From Octopus bimaculoides (lineage: Eukaryota): DNA of 32,251 bases. Shown one piece after another: positions 10,945 to 22,697 of this stretch (its first letter is position 1; every line of letters starts with the position of its first letter). A program made the translations under genes and the position numbers. The stretch is taken from positions 9,431,844 through 9,464,094 of the forward strand of contig NC_068981.1 of the NCBI RefSeq assembly GCF_001194135.2, written 5' to 3'. Under the pieces are notes generated by a model that was not told the DNA's origin, ran no database searches, and saw nothing but the letters and a program-made list of their open reading frames with translations.

Positions 10945-12203
10945 CTGCCAAGATGCATAGAAAAAGGATCATTGCACAATTGAGAATTAACCTAGATGGG
11001 ATGCAGTTTGGTTTTGTGCCAGGGAGAAACACTATGGATGCTATATTCTGAGTAAGGCATCTGCAAGACAAGTATCTGGTCAAAAATAAACTATTTCTGT
11101 CTACACACACACACAACAAACAAAGAACTAATTTCAGATTCTGTCTACAAGTCTACAAGGCTTTACCCAGCCCAGGACAATAGTAAAAGACCCTTGCTCA
11201 AGATGCTGAGAGCATAGCGGCTAGAAAAAGAATGGGCAGAGCAAAATTCAGAGAGCTCTTACCTCTGTTGATAACAAAGGGCCTCTCCCTTAGAGTGAAA
11301 AGCAGATTGTACAATGCTTGTGTGTGAACAGCCATGCTACATGGCAGTGAAACATGGGATGTGACTGCTGATGACATGCGAAGGCTTGAAAGAGATGAAG
11401 CTAATGTGCTTCACTGGCTGTGTAATGTCATTGTGCATGTATGACAGAGTGGAAGCACCTTCAGAGAAAAGTTGGGTATAAAAGGCATCATATGTGGTGG
11501 TCAAGAGAGACAATTGTGCTGGTATGGTCATGTGATGCATATGCATGAGGACAACTGTGTGAAGAAGTGCTGATCACTAACTGTGGAGGGAGACTGTTGG
11601 GGAGGTAGACCCAAGAAGACATGGGACGAGGAAGTGAAGCATGATCTTGAAATATTGGGTCTCGTGGAGGCAATGATGAGTGACCGAGACATTTGGTGAT
11701 ATGCCATGTTTGAGAAGACCCATCAAGCCAAATGAATTCACAGTTGTTGCTGATGCTGGTGGCATGTAAAATGTACCTTTTGAATGTTGGGCGATAAACT
11801 GTGCTTGAGAAAACTGTCAAGCCAAGTGAAATTGTAGTCATGACTGATGCCAGGGTTGCATAACTGGCACCTCTGACAGTGGTATGTAAAAAGCACCCTT
11901 CAAACTGTGGAACTCACAGAGGCAGTGAAAAGTGACCAAGATCTTGGATAATATACTGAGCTTAAGAAGACCTGTCAAGCCAAGTGAGATAGTAGTCATG
12001 GCAGATACCTGCTTAGTAATTGGTATCTGTGCCAGTGGCATGTAAAAAGCACCCACTACACTCTCGGAGTGGTTGGTGTTAGGTAGGGCATCAGTAATAG
12101 AAACCATGCCAAGTGAGAATGGCGCAGCTCCTCAGCTTACCAGTGTTCAGTCAAACCATCCAACCCATGCCAGCATGGAAAACAAATATTAAATGATGAT
12201 GAT
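10945..12203 (+). mobile_element. Older decayed RTE LINE with an internal deletion and a SINE fragment
   Basis: QFGFVPGRNTMDAIF near 11005, a post-RT region at 11210-11730 homologous to 9010-9525, then 3'UTR and gat tail. Confidence 0.8.
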
Positions 12204-12298
12204 AAGATATATATATATATATTTAAGGGCATACATCTGTCCCTGTGTTTGGTGAGGATATATGCATGTGTGTGTGTGTGCATGTGTATATATATATA

Positions 12299-13535
12299 TC
12301 AGGTCATTAAGAATGAAATGTTCTATTTTCTTATGCACCAAGTTTGACAGTCATTAACTCTAATGTTTTATCCTGACAATTCTTTGAAGAGTTACACCAA
12401 TACTTTTCGAAATGCAATTCATGGTGTCTGATTATATTCAGAATTTTCTCTAGTAAATCAGTTTTTGTGAACCCATGGATGGATCAAGAATTTGTGTTGT
12501 TTATGAATACCTCCTGGACAGCTTGAAACATCAATGAGGTAGGTGTTTGATGAAGATGTGGCAAATGAGCACACTTTATGTCGTTGATTTGAGAAGTTCC
12601 GGTCTGGTGACTTTGCTCTTGAAAATCAGCCCCGTGGCAGACTTCAGACCAAGATGGATAATGATGAGCTGGAAACAGTAGTGGAAGTGGATTCATCTCA
12701 AACTACACATGAGTAAGCAACAAGGGTTGATGTTTCGATTTCAACTGTATTGGACCATCTGAAACAAATCGGCAAGGTAAAGAAGTTGGACAAGTGGGTG
12801 CCACGTGAACTGAACAAGAATCAAATGACACTTCGTCTTAAAACTTACCGTTCTTTGCTATGACAGCATAAAAGTGAACCATTTTTGCATTGTATTATTA
12901 CGTGTGATGGAAAATAGATTCTTTTCAACAATAGCAAGTGTTCTGCACAGTGGCTGGATTGAGATGAAGTGCCAAAACAAAGAATATTCACCAAAAAAAG
13001 CTAATGGTGTCTGTTTGGTGGTCCAGTGCTGGTGTCGTCCACTACAGCTTCATGAGACCTGATAAGTCAATTACAGCAGATGTATACGTCAACCAATTGG
13101 ATGAAATGAGGAATGAACTTGCAATTAAACAACCAAGATCGGTCAACAGAGACAGGCCAAGTCTCTTGCATGACAATGCTCGACCACATGATGCACAAAG
13201 AACATTACTCATGTTACAGGAACTGAACTTGGAAGCACTCTGTCATCCATCATATTCACCAGACCTTGCACCAACTGACTATCACATTTTCCAGGCATTA
13301 GTCAACTTTTTGCAAGGAAAAAACTTCAAATCTGAAGAAGATGCAAAAACAACCTTTTATGATTTCATCACCTCTTGCTCTCCAGAATTCTTCACTGCTG
13401 GCATAAATAAGGGACCGATAAAATGACAAAAATGTGTTGATAATTTAGGTGCATACTTTGATTAACTGCATTGCTTTTTGTTGGGTAAATTACACTTTCA
13501 GTTCAAAATTGGACATTTCATTCTTAATGACCTGA
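12299..13535 (+). mobile_element. Full-length mariner transposon (D,D34D type), defective transposase
   Basis: 31-bp TIRs with 2 mismatches (tcaggtcattaagaatgaaatgt...) and TA on both sides. ITCDGK*ILF near 12895, HDNARPH and HPSYSPDLAPTDY in ORF 13004-13426. In-frame stops and frameshifts. Confidence 0.95.
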
Positions 13536-13547
13536 TATATTATCTCT

Positions 13548-14211
13548 ATCCTTATAAAAAACAAAGTTTGCTTGTTTGTACGTTGACCACTGAAAACACT
13601 AAATAAAATTGAGAATATTTCAGGTTTTTCACATCATTTAAATTAATCTGACCATTCTCTGAGTGGTTGGCGTTAGGAAGGGCATCCAGCTGTAGAAACT
13701 CTGCCAAATTAGATTAGAGCCTGGTGTTGCCATCCGGTTTCACCAGTCCTCAGTCAAATCGTCCAACCCATGCTAGCATGGAAAGCGGACGTTAAACGAT
13801 GATGATGATGATGATGATGATTCTGTAGATAATTGTGCACTTATTTTCCAAAAACGGATGGGGAGGGTAAGTTGATGGTGTATTGGCATGTATTTCTAGC
13901 AATCCATGTACTGTCTATTTCACCATAATGACTATATATCCTAATAAAAAGTAAAGATTCCTTGTTTGTTTGTATGTTGACCACTGAAAACACAAAATAT
14001 AAAAAGCAAAGTTTATTTGTTTCTATGTTAATTGCTGAAAACACTAAATAAAATAAATATTTCAGGTTTTTATTTCATTTAAATATGACCATTCCACAGA
14101 TAACTGTGCACTTATTTTCTAAAAATGGAATTTTGGTGTGGTGAGAGCTGAGTTGATGGTGTGTTGGCTCCTATTTCTAGTAATCCACGTACTCTCTATT
14201 TCACCATAATG
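13548..14211 (+). repeat. Two tandem units with Helitron-like 5' termini
   Basis: 13548-13930 matches 13938-14211. Each begins a|tc...ataaaaa...gtttgtttgta. Located upstream of a Helitron helicase remnant. Confidence 0.5.
13659..13819 (+). mobile_element. Young RTE 3' end inserted in tandem unit 1
   Basis: (gat)n tail, ATTCT on both sides (13654-13658 and 13820-13824), and an empty site in unit 2 near 14090. Confidence 0.9.
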
Positions 14212-14442
14212 CTTTATACAGAGTGAAAAAATACTCAATCCACCCCCAACTTTAACATTACATACATTCCTTTGAAGTCACCGCCAGACCTCTGCTTTTT
14301 CTCTGTCTACATGTCCCTCTCTATATCTCTCTCCCTACCTCTACCTCTTTTTCTCTTTAGTGAAAAAATACATGAGACAGATAGAAAGGGAGTTAGGGGA
14401 AACAACAAGTGAGACAGAGGGGGGGATAGAGGTAGCCACATC

Positions 14443-15064
14443 TATAAATCTATCGATAAAGTTGTTGACGCGGATGATGCTGTTCATTATCCTGTTGAAT
14501 TCCTCAACTGTCTGGAACCATCAGGTATGCCACCACAAACCTGGGTCAGCCAAGATTGTGCAATGGTACACATATGGTTCTGACTGAACTACAGCCTCAT
14601 TATTAACCCTTTAGTGTTTAAACCGGCTATATCTGGCCCAAATATTCTACTCATTTTATGCTCAAACTGGCCAGAACCAGTATCTCTAACCTGTCCTGCA
14701 ATGTCATTCTAAAAATAAACAATTACATCTTTCAACTCTTGAAGCTACAAGATAATACCAGATTAATTTTTTAAAATGTAAATGAATAAGGATTACTTTT
14801 GACACATCAATTTGAACGCTAAAGGGTTAAAGCAAAAATCCTAACTGGATGTGTAAAGGGAGACATATTTATACCGAGAATACCACTAATACCAACAGAT
14901 GTCTCCTTTCATTTTAAATGAAGGCAATTCCCAGTGACCAATTGGTCAGTTATGCACTGACCAATTAACAAGTCACAAGATTAAACACTGCAGGTTGTCG
15001 GTCTCTGTCCAGAAGAGGACTGTTTTGCACAGGGTCAGTCGTATGTAGGTTGTTCTAGAGCAGG
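14443..15064 (+). pseudogene. Helitron PIF1-like helicase C-terminal remnant
   Basis: [40 protein letters not shown], then after the MITE AKILTG..IFIPRIPLIPTD..FK*RQFPV..INKSQ..GQSYVGCSR, with stops. Confidence 0.88.
14607..14826. mobile_element. 220-bp piggyBac-like MITE
   Basis: TTAA on both sides. TIR ccctttagtgtttaaa vs ccctttagcgttcaaa. Interrupts the Helitron helicase. Confidence 0.8.
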
Positions 15065-15652
15065 ATTTTTTATTTATTTATGCGCCCTTTCCAAGCCTAG
15101 TCAGGCTCATGGGCTNNNNNNNNNNNNNNNNNNNNNNNNNNNNNNNNNNNNNNNNNNNNNNNNNNNNNNNNNNNNNNNNNNNNNNNNNNNNNNNNNNNNN
15201 NNNNNNNNNNNNNNNNNNNNNNNNNNNNNNNNNNNNNNNNNNNNNNNNNNNNNNNNNNNNNNNNNNNNNNNNNNNNNNNNNNNNNNNNNNNNNNNNNNNN
15301 NNNNNNNNNNNNNNNNNNNNNNNNNNNNNNNNNNNNNNNNNNNNNNNNNNNNNNNNNNNNNNNNNNNNNNNNNNNNNNNNNNNNNNNNNNNNNNNNNNNN
15401 NNNNNNNNNNNNNNNNNNNNNNNNNNNNNNNNNNNNNNNNNNNNNNNNNNNNNNNNNNNNNNNNNNNNNNNNNNNNNNNNNNNNNNNNNNNNNNNNNNNN
15501 NNNNNNNNNNNNNNNNNNNNNNNNNNNNNNNNNNNNNNNNNNNNNNNNNNNNNNNNNNNNNNNNNNNNNNNNNNNNNNNNNNNNNNNNNNNNNNNNNNNN
15601 NNNNNNNNNNNNNNNNNNNNNNNNNNNNNNNNNNNNNNNNNNNNNNNNNNNN

Positions 15653-15691
<39 letters not shown>

Positions 15692-15705
15692 ATATATATA
15701 TATTC

Positions 15706-16060
15706 ATGTCCAGCATGGAAAACAGACGTTAATCGATGATGATGATATGCAAGTTATTTGTTGATGCTGCTAGAGGTAGTGCCATGTAAAAAGCATCCAG
15801 TCCACACTGTAAAGTGGTTGGCATTTGGAAGGGTATCCAGCTGTAAAAACTATGCTAAAACTGACTTTGCCTGTGCTTGTGGCATGTTAAACGCACTTAG
15901 TACACTCTGCAGGGTGGTTGGTGTTAGGAAGGGCATCCAGTCATAAAACCATACCAAATGAGACACTGAATCCTGGTGCAGCCTTCTACCTAGCCAGCTC
16001 CTGTCAGAACATCCAACCCATGCTAGCATGGAAAGTGAACATTAAATGATGATGATGATA
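15706..16060 (+). mobile_element. Two adjacent RTE 3' ends
   Basis: Short tail at 15706-15748 and a longer copy ending in gatgatgatgat near 16060. Confidence 0.7.
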
Positions 16061-16124
16061 TACATACATATATTCTTTTATGCATTTTAGACCAAAAACT
16101 GTGGCCATGCTAGGGCATTGTCTG

Positions 16125-17212
16125 TATTATCACTTTTTCAACAGTTAGTTTTTGGTGGAGGGAGTTTGATATTGTAGCCCTCTTTAGAGTTTCTTGCTGT
16201 GATGTAGGTTCATGGTGGGATCTTGGACAGCAGGCGATTGAGTTGTTTCTTGAAAGCATCTATCACCACTACATGTAGATTGCTCAGATTTTTTGGCAAG
16301 ATATCAAATAGCTGGCATACTTTGAATCCCAAGCTCTTGCAGTACATGGTTCCCACTTTAGACAGGACATGTGAGACTGTTGAGACAGTGTAGTGATGTC
16401 CAGTTCCGGGCTGGTATAAATAACTCTCATTGACAACCCCTTCTGGATCTTCCATATGTATATCACTGCATATCTCTCCTGTCAGCTCAAGAGACTAAAG
16501 GTATAATTCTTTCAGTCTTTCCCAATAACTCAGCAGTTCCATTGATGCAACCTTCCTAGTGTAGTACTGCTAAACTGCTTGAAGTTCCGTTATTGATTTG
16601 ATATTATGTGGTGACCACAGTTAATAGTCCCGTCTTCCATAGAACCAGCATAGTTTCCTGGTCCCTTGCTCTGAAAGTTCTCAGAATCCATCTGGCCAGT
16701 CACCTGGATACTGCCACCTCTTGGTAATATGTACATGAAATGAGGCATCATTGTTCATATCAATCCCCAGATGATGCACTCTGACTCTAAAGTATCTTTG
16801 TTGTAGCATGTTAGCACAAGTTGACTGATAGTGGAGAGCTTGGAATATTCCTGCATTAAACTGTATGTTGTTGTTGTTTTTTTTTATGGCATCTAGGTTT
16901 TTCTGTAAAAATTAGCATCAAAACATTCCTTGACTGCTTTTGTGTCATCAGAATAGCTAGTAAGTGTGGGTGTCAGTGTAACTGGTGACATATCCAAGAG
17001 AGCTATCATAAACAGCAGTAGTACCAAGACAGTTCACTGAGGCACTCCACTTGCTATTACTGTCTCTTTGGACAGAGCCTCCATTGGCTGGTACAGCCTG
17101 GTTTCTGTCTCTTAAGAAGTCATAAAACAACTTTTCCAGTCTCTGAGTTTCCGTAGCTAGCAATCTTTTGCAGCCTCTTTATCTATGTCATGAGGGAATG
17201 TTGTGTGAATAC
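16125..17212 (-). mobile_element. CR1/L2-group LINE, decayed RT and C-terminus
   Basis: Minus strand gives SGVPQ*TVL..LLFMIAL, TSYSDDTK, LWSPH, YWERLK, RERYAVIYIWK and LFDILPKNL..DAFKKQLNRLLSKIP. Confidence 0.85.
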
Positions 17213-17214
17213 TT

Positions 17215-17255
<41 letters not shown>

Positions 17256-17257
<2 letters not shown>

Positions 17258-17348
17258 CATCATCATCATCGTTTAACGTCCGCTTTCCATGCTAGCATGG
17301 GTTGGACGATTTGACTGAGGACTGGTGAAACCGGATGACAACACCAGG
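17256..17348 (-). mobile_element. RTE 3' end running into a gap
   Basis: Near-identical to 7902-7995. Confidence 0.85.
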
Positions 17349-17956
17349 NNNNNNNNNNNNNNNNNNNNNNNNNNNNNNNNNNNNNNNNNNNNNNNNNNNN
17401 NNNNNNNNNNNNNNNNNNNNNNNNNNNNNNNNNNNNNNNNNNNNNNNNNNNNNNNNNNNNNNNNNNNNNNNNNNNNNNNNNNNNNNNNNNNNNNNNNNNN
17501 NNNNNNNNNNNNNNNNNNNNNNNNNNNNNNNNNNNNNNNNNNNNNNNNNNNNNNNNNNNNNNNNNNNNNNNNNNNNNNNNNNNNNNNNNNNNNNNNNNNN
17601 NNNNNNNNNNNNNNNNNNNNNNNNNNNNNNNNNNNNNNNNNNNNNNNNNNNNNNNNNNNNNNNNNNNNNNNNNNNNNNNNNNNNNNNNNNNNNNNNNNNN
17701 NNNNNNNNNNNNNNNNNNNNNNNNNNNNNNNNNNNNNNNNNNNNNNNNNNNNNNNNNNNNNNNNNNNNNNNNNNNNNNNNNNNNNNNNNNNNNNNNNNNN
17801 NNNNNNNNNNNNNNNNNNNNNNNNNNNNNNNNNNNNNNNNNNNNNNNNNNNNNNNNNNNNNNNNNNNNNNNNNNNNNNNNNNNNNNNNNNNNNNNNNNNN
17901 NNNNNNNCAAAAATAATAAATTTCTATTCTACAATATTCTTTAGTCCAATGTAAAA

Positions 17957-18310
17957 GAGTAGGCGTGGCAGGGTGGTAAGAAGTTTGTTTTCCAACCACA
18001 TGATTCTGGATTCAGTCTCAGTGTGTATGACACCTTGGACAAGTGTCTTCTACAATAGCCTTGCGAATGAATTTGGTAGACGAGAACTGACAGAAACACG
18101 TCACATACATGTATGTGTGTTTGTCCTCACCACAGCTTCCAAACGGTATTTATGTGTTTATGTGCCCTGTAAGTTAGGGGTTCGGCAAACAGTAATCGAT
18201 AGCAAAGTAGCAGGCTTAAAATATTTAATAATGCAGTCGATTCGTTCGACTTAGGTTCTTTTCGGCATGGCTGCGGTCTAATGACTGAAACAAGTAAAAA
18301 AATAAAAGAC
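17957..18310 (+). mobile_element. SINE (family S2) with 3' tail module
   Basis: Similar to 24958-25390, including caccttggacaagtgtcttctac. Confidence 0.6.
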
Positions 18311-19473
18311 AAAAATAACATAAAAACAAACATTAATAAATATCTGTACGTAAACGTGAGTTAGGAAACGGTGGCGAATGAAATTTTGTAAATAGAATTA
18401 TAAACCTTCTTAACCATGTGCCTGTGCTGTTATATATACGTATATTAAATATATGTACACATACGTTAACAATTTATAAATTATATGGCNNNNNNNNNNN
18501 NNNNNNNNNNNNNNNNNNNNNNNNNNNNNNNNNNNNNNNNNNNNNNNNNNNNNNNNNNNNNNNNNNNNNNNNNNNNNNNNNNNNNNNNNNNNNNNNNNNN
18601 NNNNNNNNNNNNNNNNNNNNNNNNNNNNNNNNNNNNNNNNNNNNNNNNNNNNNNNNNNNNNNNNNNNNNNNNNNNNNNNNNNNNNNNNNNNNNNNNNNNN
18701 NNNNNNNNNNNNNNNNNNNNNNNNNNNNNNNNNNNNNNNNNNNNNNNNNNNNNNNNNNNNNNNNNNNNNNNNNNNNNNNNNNNNNNNNNNNNNNNNNNNN
18801 NNNNNNNNNNNNNNNNNNNNNNNNNNNNNNNNNNNNNNNNNNNNNNNNNNNNNNNNAAAGGCAGAAGCATATATATATGCTTTGTCCATCCCCACCACCA
18901 CTGCCTGACAACCGGCGTTGGTTTGTTTACGTCCTCGTAACTCAACGGTTCAGTCAGAAACCGATAGATTAAGTAACAGACTTTAAAAAAACCCTCTACG
19001 GTCGATTTGTTCGACTAAAACCCTTCAAAGTAGTTCCAGCATGGCCGCGATCCAATGACGGAAACAAGCAAAAAATACATCGATTACATTTATACGCATA
19101 AAGCATATGTATATACATACATTATATATATATTTACAAATAGATCAACTGAGGCTAAATATAGATCTATATACGCACACACATATATGTTTGTGTGTAT
19201 ATATATATGCATAGTTTTTTTTTTTTTAAGCTTCTGGTTTTGAGCTTTCTATTTTGGTCAATACGTGTTGGCTGTAATATAACAATGTCAAATTTCAGTT
19301 AATCTGCAACATGGATCGTTTAGAATTGAGAAATTGATCATAAAAAGGGGGGAAGCCCCCTATTTGCTGCTCCAATCTCTCATTCCGTTTATAATAACAA
19401 CAACATTAAAATAGCAGAGTATTTCAAAGAGGAGGAGGAGGACTCTCTAAATACCATGAAATGAACAACTTAC

Positions 19474-19581
19474 CTCTTCTAATATCGTATCTCGATCATA
19501 ATCATCATCGTCATCAATGTTTGTATTCTCCCCAAACGTTGTAATATCACCATTTTGGACTGTTGATTCAGACACCGCCAT
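19474..19581 (-). CDS. First coding exon of an unidentified gene (acidic N-terminus)
   Basis: AAGATGGCG start context, 36 codons MAVSESTVQNGDITTFGENTNIDDDDDYDRDTILEE, strong donor GAG|gtaagt, CpG-containing surroundings. Confidence 0.7.
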
Positions 19582-19660
19582 CTTACCTCCTTGCAGCGGC
19601 CGATCACGTGATTCTTTCTCTCTCCCTCCCTTACTCACTCACTCTCTCCTTACACGATTT
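19576..19660 (-). promoter_or_regulatory. Candidate promoter/5'UTR of the minus-strand gene
   Basis: YY1-type AAGATGGCG (19576-19584), E-box TCACGTGA (19604-19611) and a CT/GA tract. Confidence 0.45.
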
Positions 19661-20970
19661 ACGCTGCAATGATCATTAGGCATTCCTCCTCTTCCTCCTG
19701 CTTCTTCTCCTACCATCACCCTCTGTCACTGTTGTGGTGGGGGGGATTCTCTACGACGTTGCTGGACCTGCTAAAAATAGAAGCTAAATTCTCTTGAATT
19801 TCACCTACTATTTTGAATAAAGGAGAAATTGGACGATGAAATGCTGATGTGCAGGCGATGGCCAAAGATGGAACGTACAGTGTATGTAGGATACAATAAT
19901 GGATGTAGCCTTCATTGTTTTTAGGATCCCTCTACGCTTCCTCGATTAGTCAGCTCAGTAAACCTGTGATGAAAGACATTCAAGTAGTGTGTCTTCCAAT
20001 CGTTTATTTTTAGGCAGTGTGTCTCAAAGTGCAAAATCTATTGTGTCTTTGTTAAGTTCTCGCTATCCTCCTAATCTATCATCATAGATGTTCAATAATG
20101 ACCATCTCGTCTATATTTTTAAGCACGAAATAACTAGGTGTACATTATCTGATGTGTTCTTCCTTGTTTGGCTGCTACGCCCACGTTAGACCCGATCGAG
20201 ATGAAATATGACAAAAAGCGTTCTACTCATGCCCATCTCGTCTTTTTCCTGTTCACACATCTAGTTAGAAACATTGAAACACATATTTTTGTTTTGTGGA
20301 TGTTAAGATAGATTTCGCTCCTATTTCTAGCAGATCCAGTGATAACTTGGAGGCATAAGGCCAGATATTGGGTTGGGGGAGGGATAAGGGTTATTACTGA
20401 TTTCTTTGATTAGGGATAATCGATCACAGAACGGGTGGACCTAAAGGGCCATAACTCAATAGAACAAGGGACGTAACTCAAAACCACACTCGATTTCGAC
20501 TGATGCTTCATCAACTCTTGCAAACACTTAAACCGATTACTCTGTGATAAGCACAAAGTCAAAGTCGGTTAGACTGGCTTCAATATTTCACTAGAATATA
20601 TTTTATCAAAGGGGAAAATGTGATGTCGTTACCAGCAAGATTTGAACTTTATCTTTCATTGATAAACTACTGCTAATTCGGCGACTATATTTCTTTAGAA
20701 AGCTGATTATAATTAAATACAATTCAGCTATATTCAAGTTTTTTCTTTTTTGTAATACAATAAGTTGTTACTTGAAGAAAATTTAGTTACGATTTATAGT
20801 TAATTTCGACCACGTAGAGGCTTCCTCGTTCAAAAATATGATAGGGACGGTCAGTTGTGCTTTTCTCCCAAGTATATGTTACTATTCTTGTCACTGGTCT
20901 ACTTCTTATCTTTAACTCTCATAATTGCCAGCTAATGCTCCATTCTTTCTCCATAATTTTCCGCAGAACA

Positions 20971-21760
20971 TTTAATGGTTTAACAGGGTAGTTTACCATC
21001 GTAAAATTTAAAAAATTATCCTTATAAAATGAAATTATATTGCGATAAAAACCGGAAGTGATATCCTGTAATTTCATAATACTGACGTGTTATGTATCCA
21101 ATACATAAACGTGCATATATTCAACAGGAAAACTGTACAAGTATTGGCAATCTATTTTATATAAGATGAAAACATAACAGACAAATATTCATTGAGGGCT
21201 TAAACAAAGATAGCGGCGAAGTTCCGGCTATTTTTGGCTGACGAGACACATGTCGAAGCACCGGTAACCCAGAATGAGATAAGTGTGTGGACACACTGTT
21301 GTATAAAAGAGGGGAATTATCCTCCTATAGCGCTCGACATTTTGCGCACGAACCTTCCTAGACGTGTTAAGACTAGATATGCAAATATTCATAAGTCATT
21401 GATGCATGAAATGAGATTTGTAATAGATTTTCTCGATCTCTAAATTTGAATTGTCACACATGTTCATGTAAATAAATCATCACTAATCCCACATTGTCAC
21501 CTAAGTTTCTTCTTGTCGAGCATCTCTCGCCTTTCTATAGTCTGATATAGATGCTGTCATCATTTAGATCATAAAATTTGAGTAGATGATTGACAAGTTC
21601 ATAATTACTAAGACACATAGGCAGTCCACCCATCGATATCAAAAGAATTCCATTCGTAATTGACTATCGTCACTTCCGGTTTCTATCACAATATACTTTC
21701 ATTTATAAAAATGATATACTTTCACTATTTTACGATTTTAACTGCATGTTAACCCATTTA
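20971..21760. mobile_element. About 790-bp element with about 90-bp imperfect TIRs containing CCGGAAGTG
   Basis: 20971-21062 aligns with the reverse complement of 21669-21760, including ataaaaaccggaagtga vs atagaaaccggaagtga. Confidence 0.65.
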
Positions 21761-21887
21761 CTTCCATTTCCTTTAATGCTTGCATTAATTTGTAACTAAT
21801 TGTTAACCCTTTTTCTACCACTCTCGCCATTTATCTAGCTTCCTTTTTTTCTTTTCCTATATACTCTCTTTCTCTTTTCTTATCTCT

Positions 21888-21987
21888 NNNNNNNNNNNNN
21901 NNNNNNNNNNNNNNNNNNNNNNNNNNNNNNNNNNNNNNNNNNNNNNNNNNNNNNNNNNNNNNNNNNNNNNNNNNNNNNNNNNNNNNN
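21888..21987. other. 100-N assembly gap, possibly of unknown size
   Basis: Exactly 100 N. Other gaps: 5919-6018 (100 N), 8137-8745, 15116-15652, 17349-17908, 18490-18857 and 25290-25299. Confidence 0.95.
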
Positions 21988-22643
21988 TACTAGTCTTACA
22001 AAGATTAAGTGCTGGGGTTGATTTGTTTGACTAAAGCAAGCGCTCCAGCATGGCCACAGTCAAAAGACTGAAACAAATAAAAGAATATTACTTTGACTTG
22101 TAGTTGCAGGCATGGCTGCATGGTTGAGAAGTTTACTTCACAAACATATGTGTTAAAAAAATTCCAGCTGTTATCTGTGGATGAGCATGACTGGGTAACA
22201 TGTACCATGCTTTCACTAATTGTTTTAGGTGCCTGTGTAATCATGAACTGACATAAACAACCTCTTGACTCTCCCATCCTGCGACCAAACAGCACATCTA
22301 GGATATGATTTTTGGAAGGAGAAAGGGCTGCATCAGCCCCCGGTTGGTGCTCATTTTCAGCTAAGTAGGTTGGAGCAATGTGTAATGAAGTACATTACTC
22401 AAGGGCACAATGTGCTGCCTAACTCAGGAATTGAACCTATGGCATCACGATTGTGAGTCAGACACTCTAACCACTAGACCATGTGTCTTCAAAAAATACA
22501 CACACATATAATGTGTGTGTATTACATATATAATGGGCTTCTTTAAGTTTCCATCCATCAAATTCACTTACATCATCATCATCGTTTAACGTCCGCTATT
22601 TTTATATAATATTGTTAAGCAACTCCTTTATTTTATTCTTCAG

Positions 22644-22681
22644 GTAATGAAATTCATTGAGAAACGATCAAAAGAATGCAA
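22644..22681 (+). CDS. GPN1: GPN-loop GTPase 1, internal exon (VMKFIEKRSKECK)
   Basis: ttcttcag acceptor and gt donor, 38 nt. Matches recalled human VMKFIEKAQNMSK and is phase-compatible with the next exon. Confidence 0.85.
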
Positions 22682-22697
22682 GTACATATACCTTTTA

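Noticed and set aside
7974-18972. Long ORFs in the track made mostly of X
   Set aside because: They run through N gaps and are artefacts.
21234-21443. 69-aa ORF inside the TIR element
   Set aside because: Starts at TTG, has no recognisable domain, and its length is within chance.
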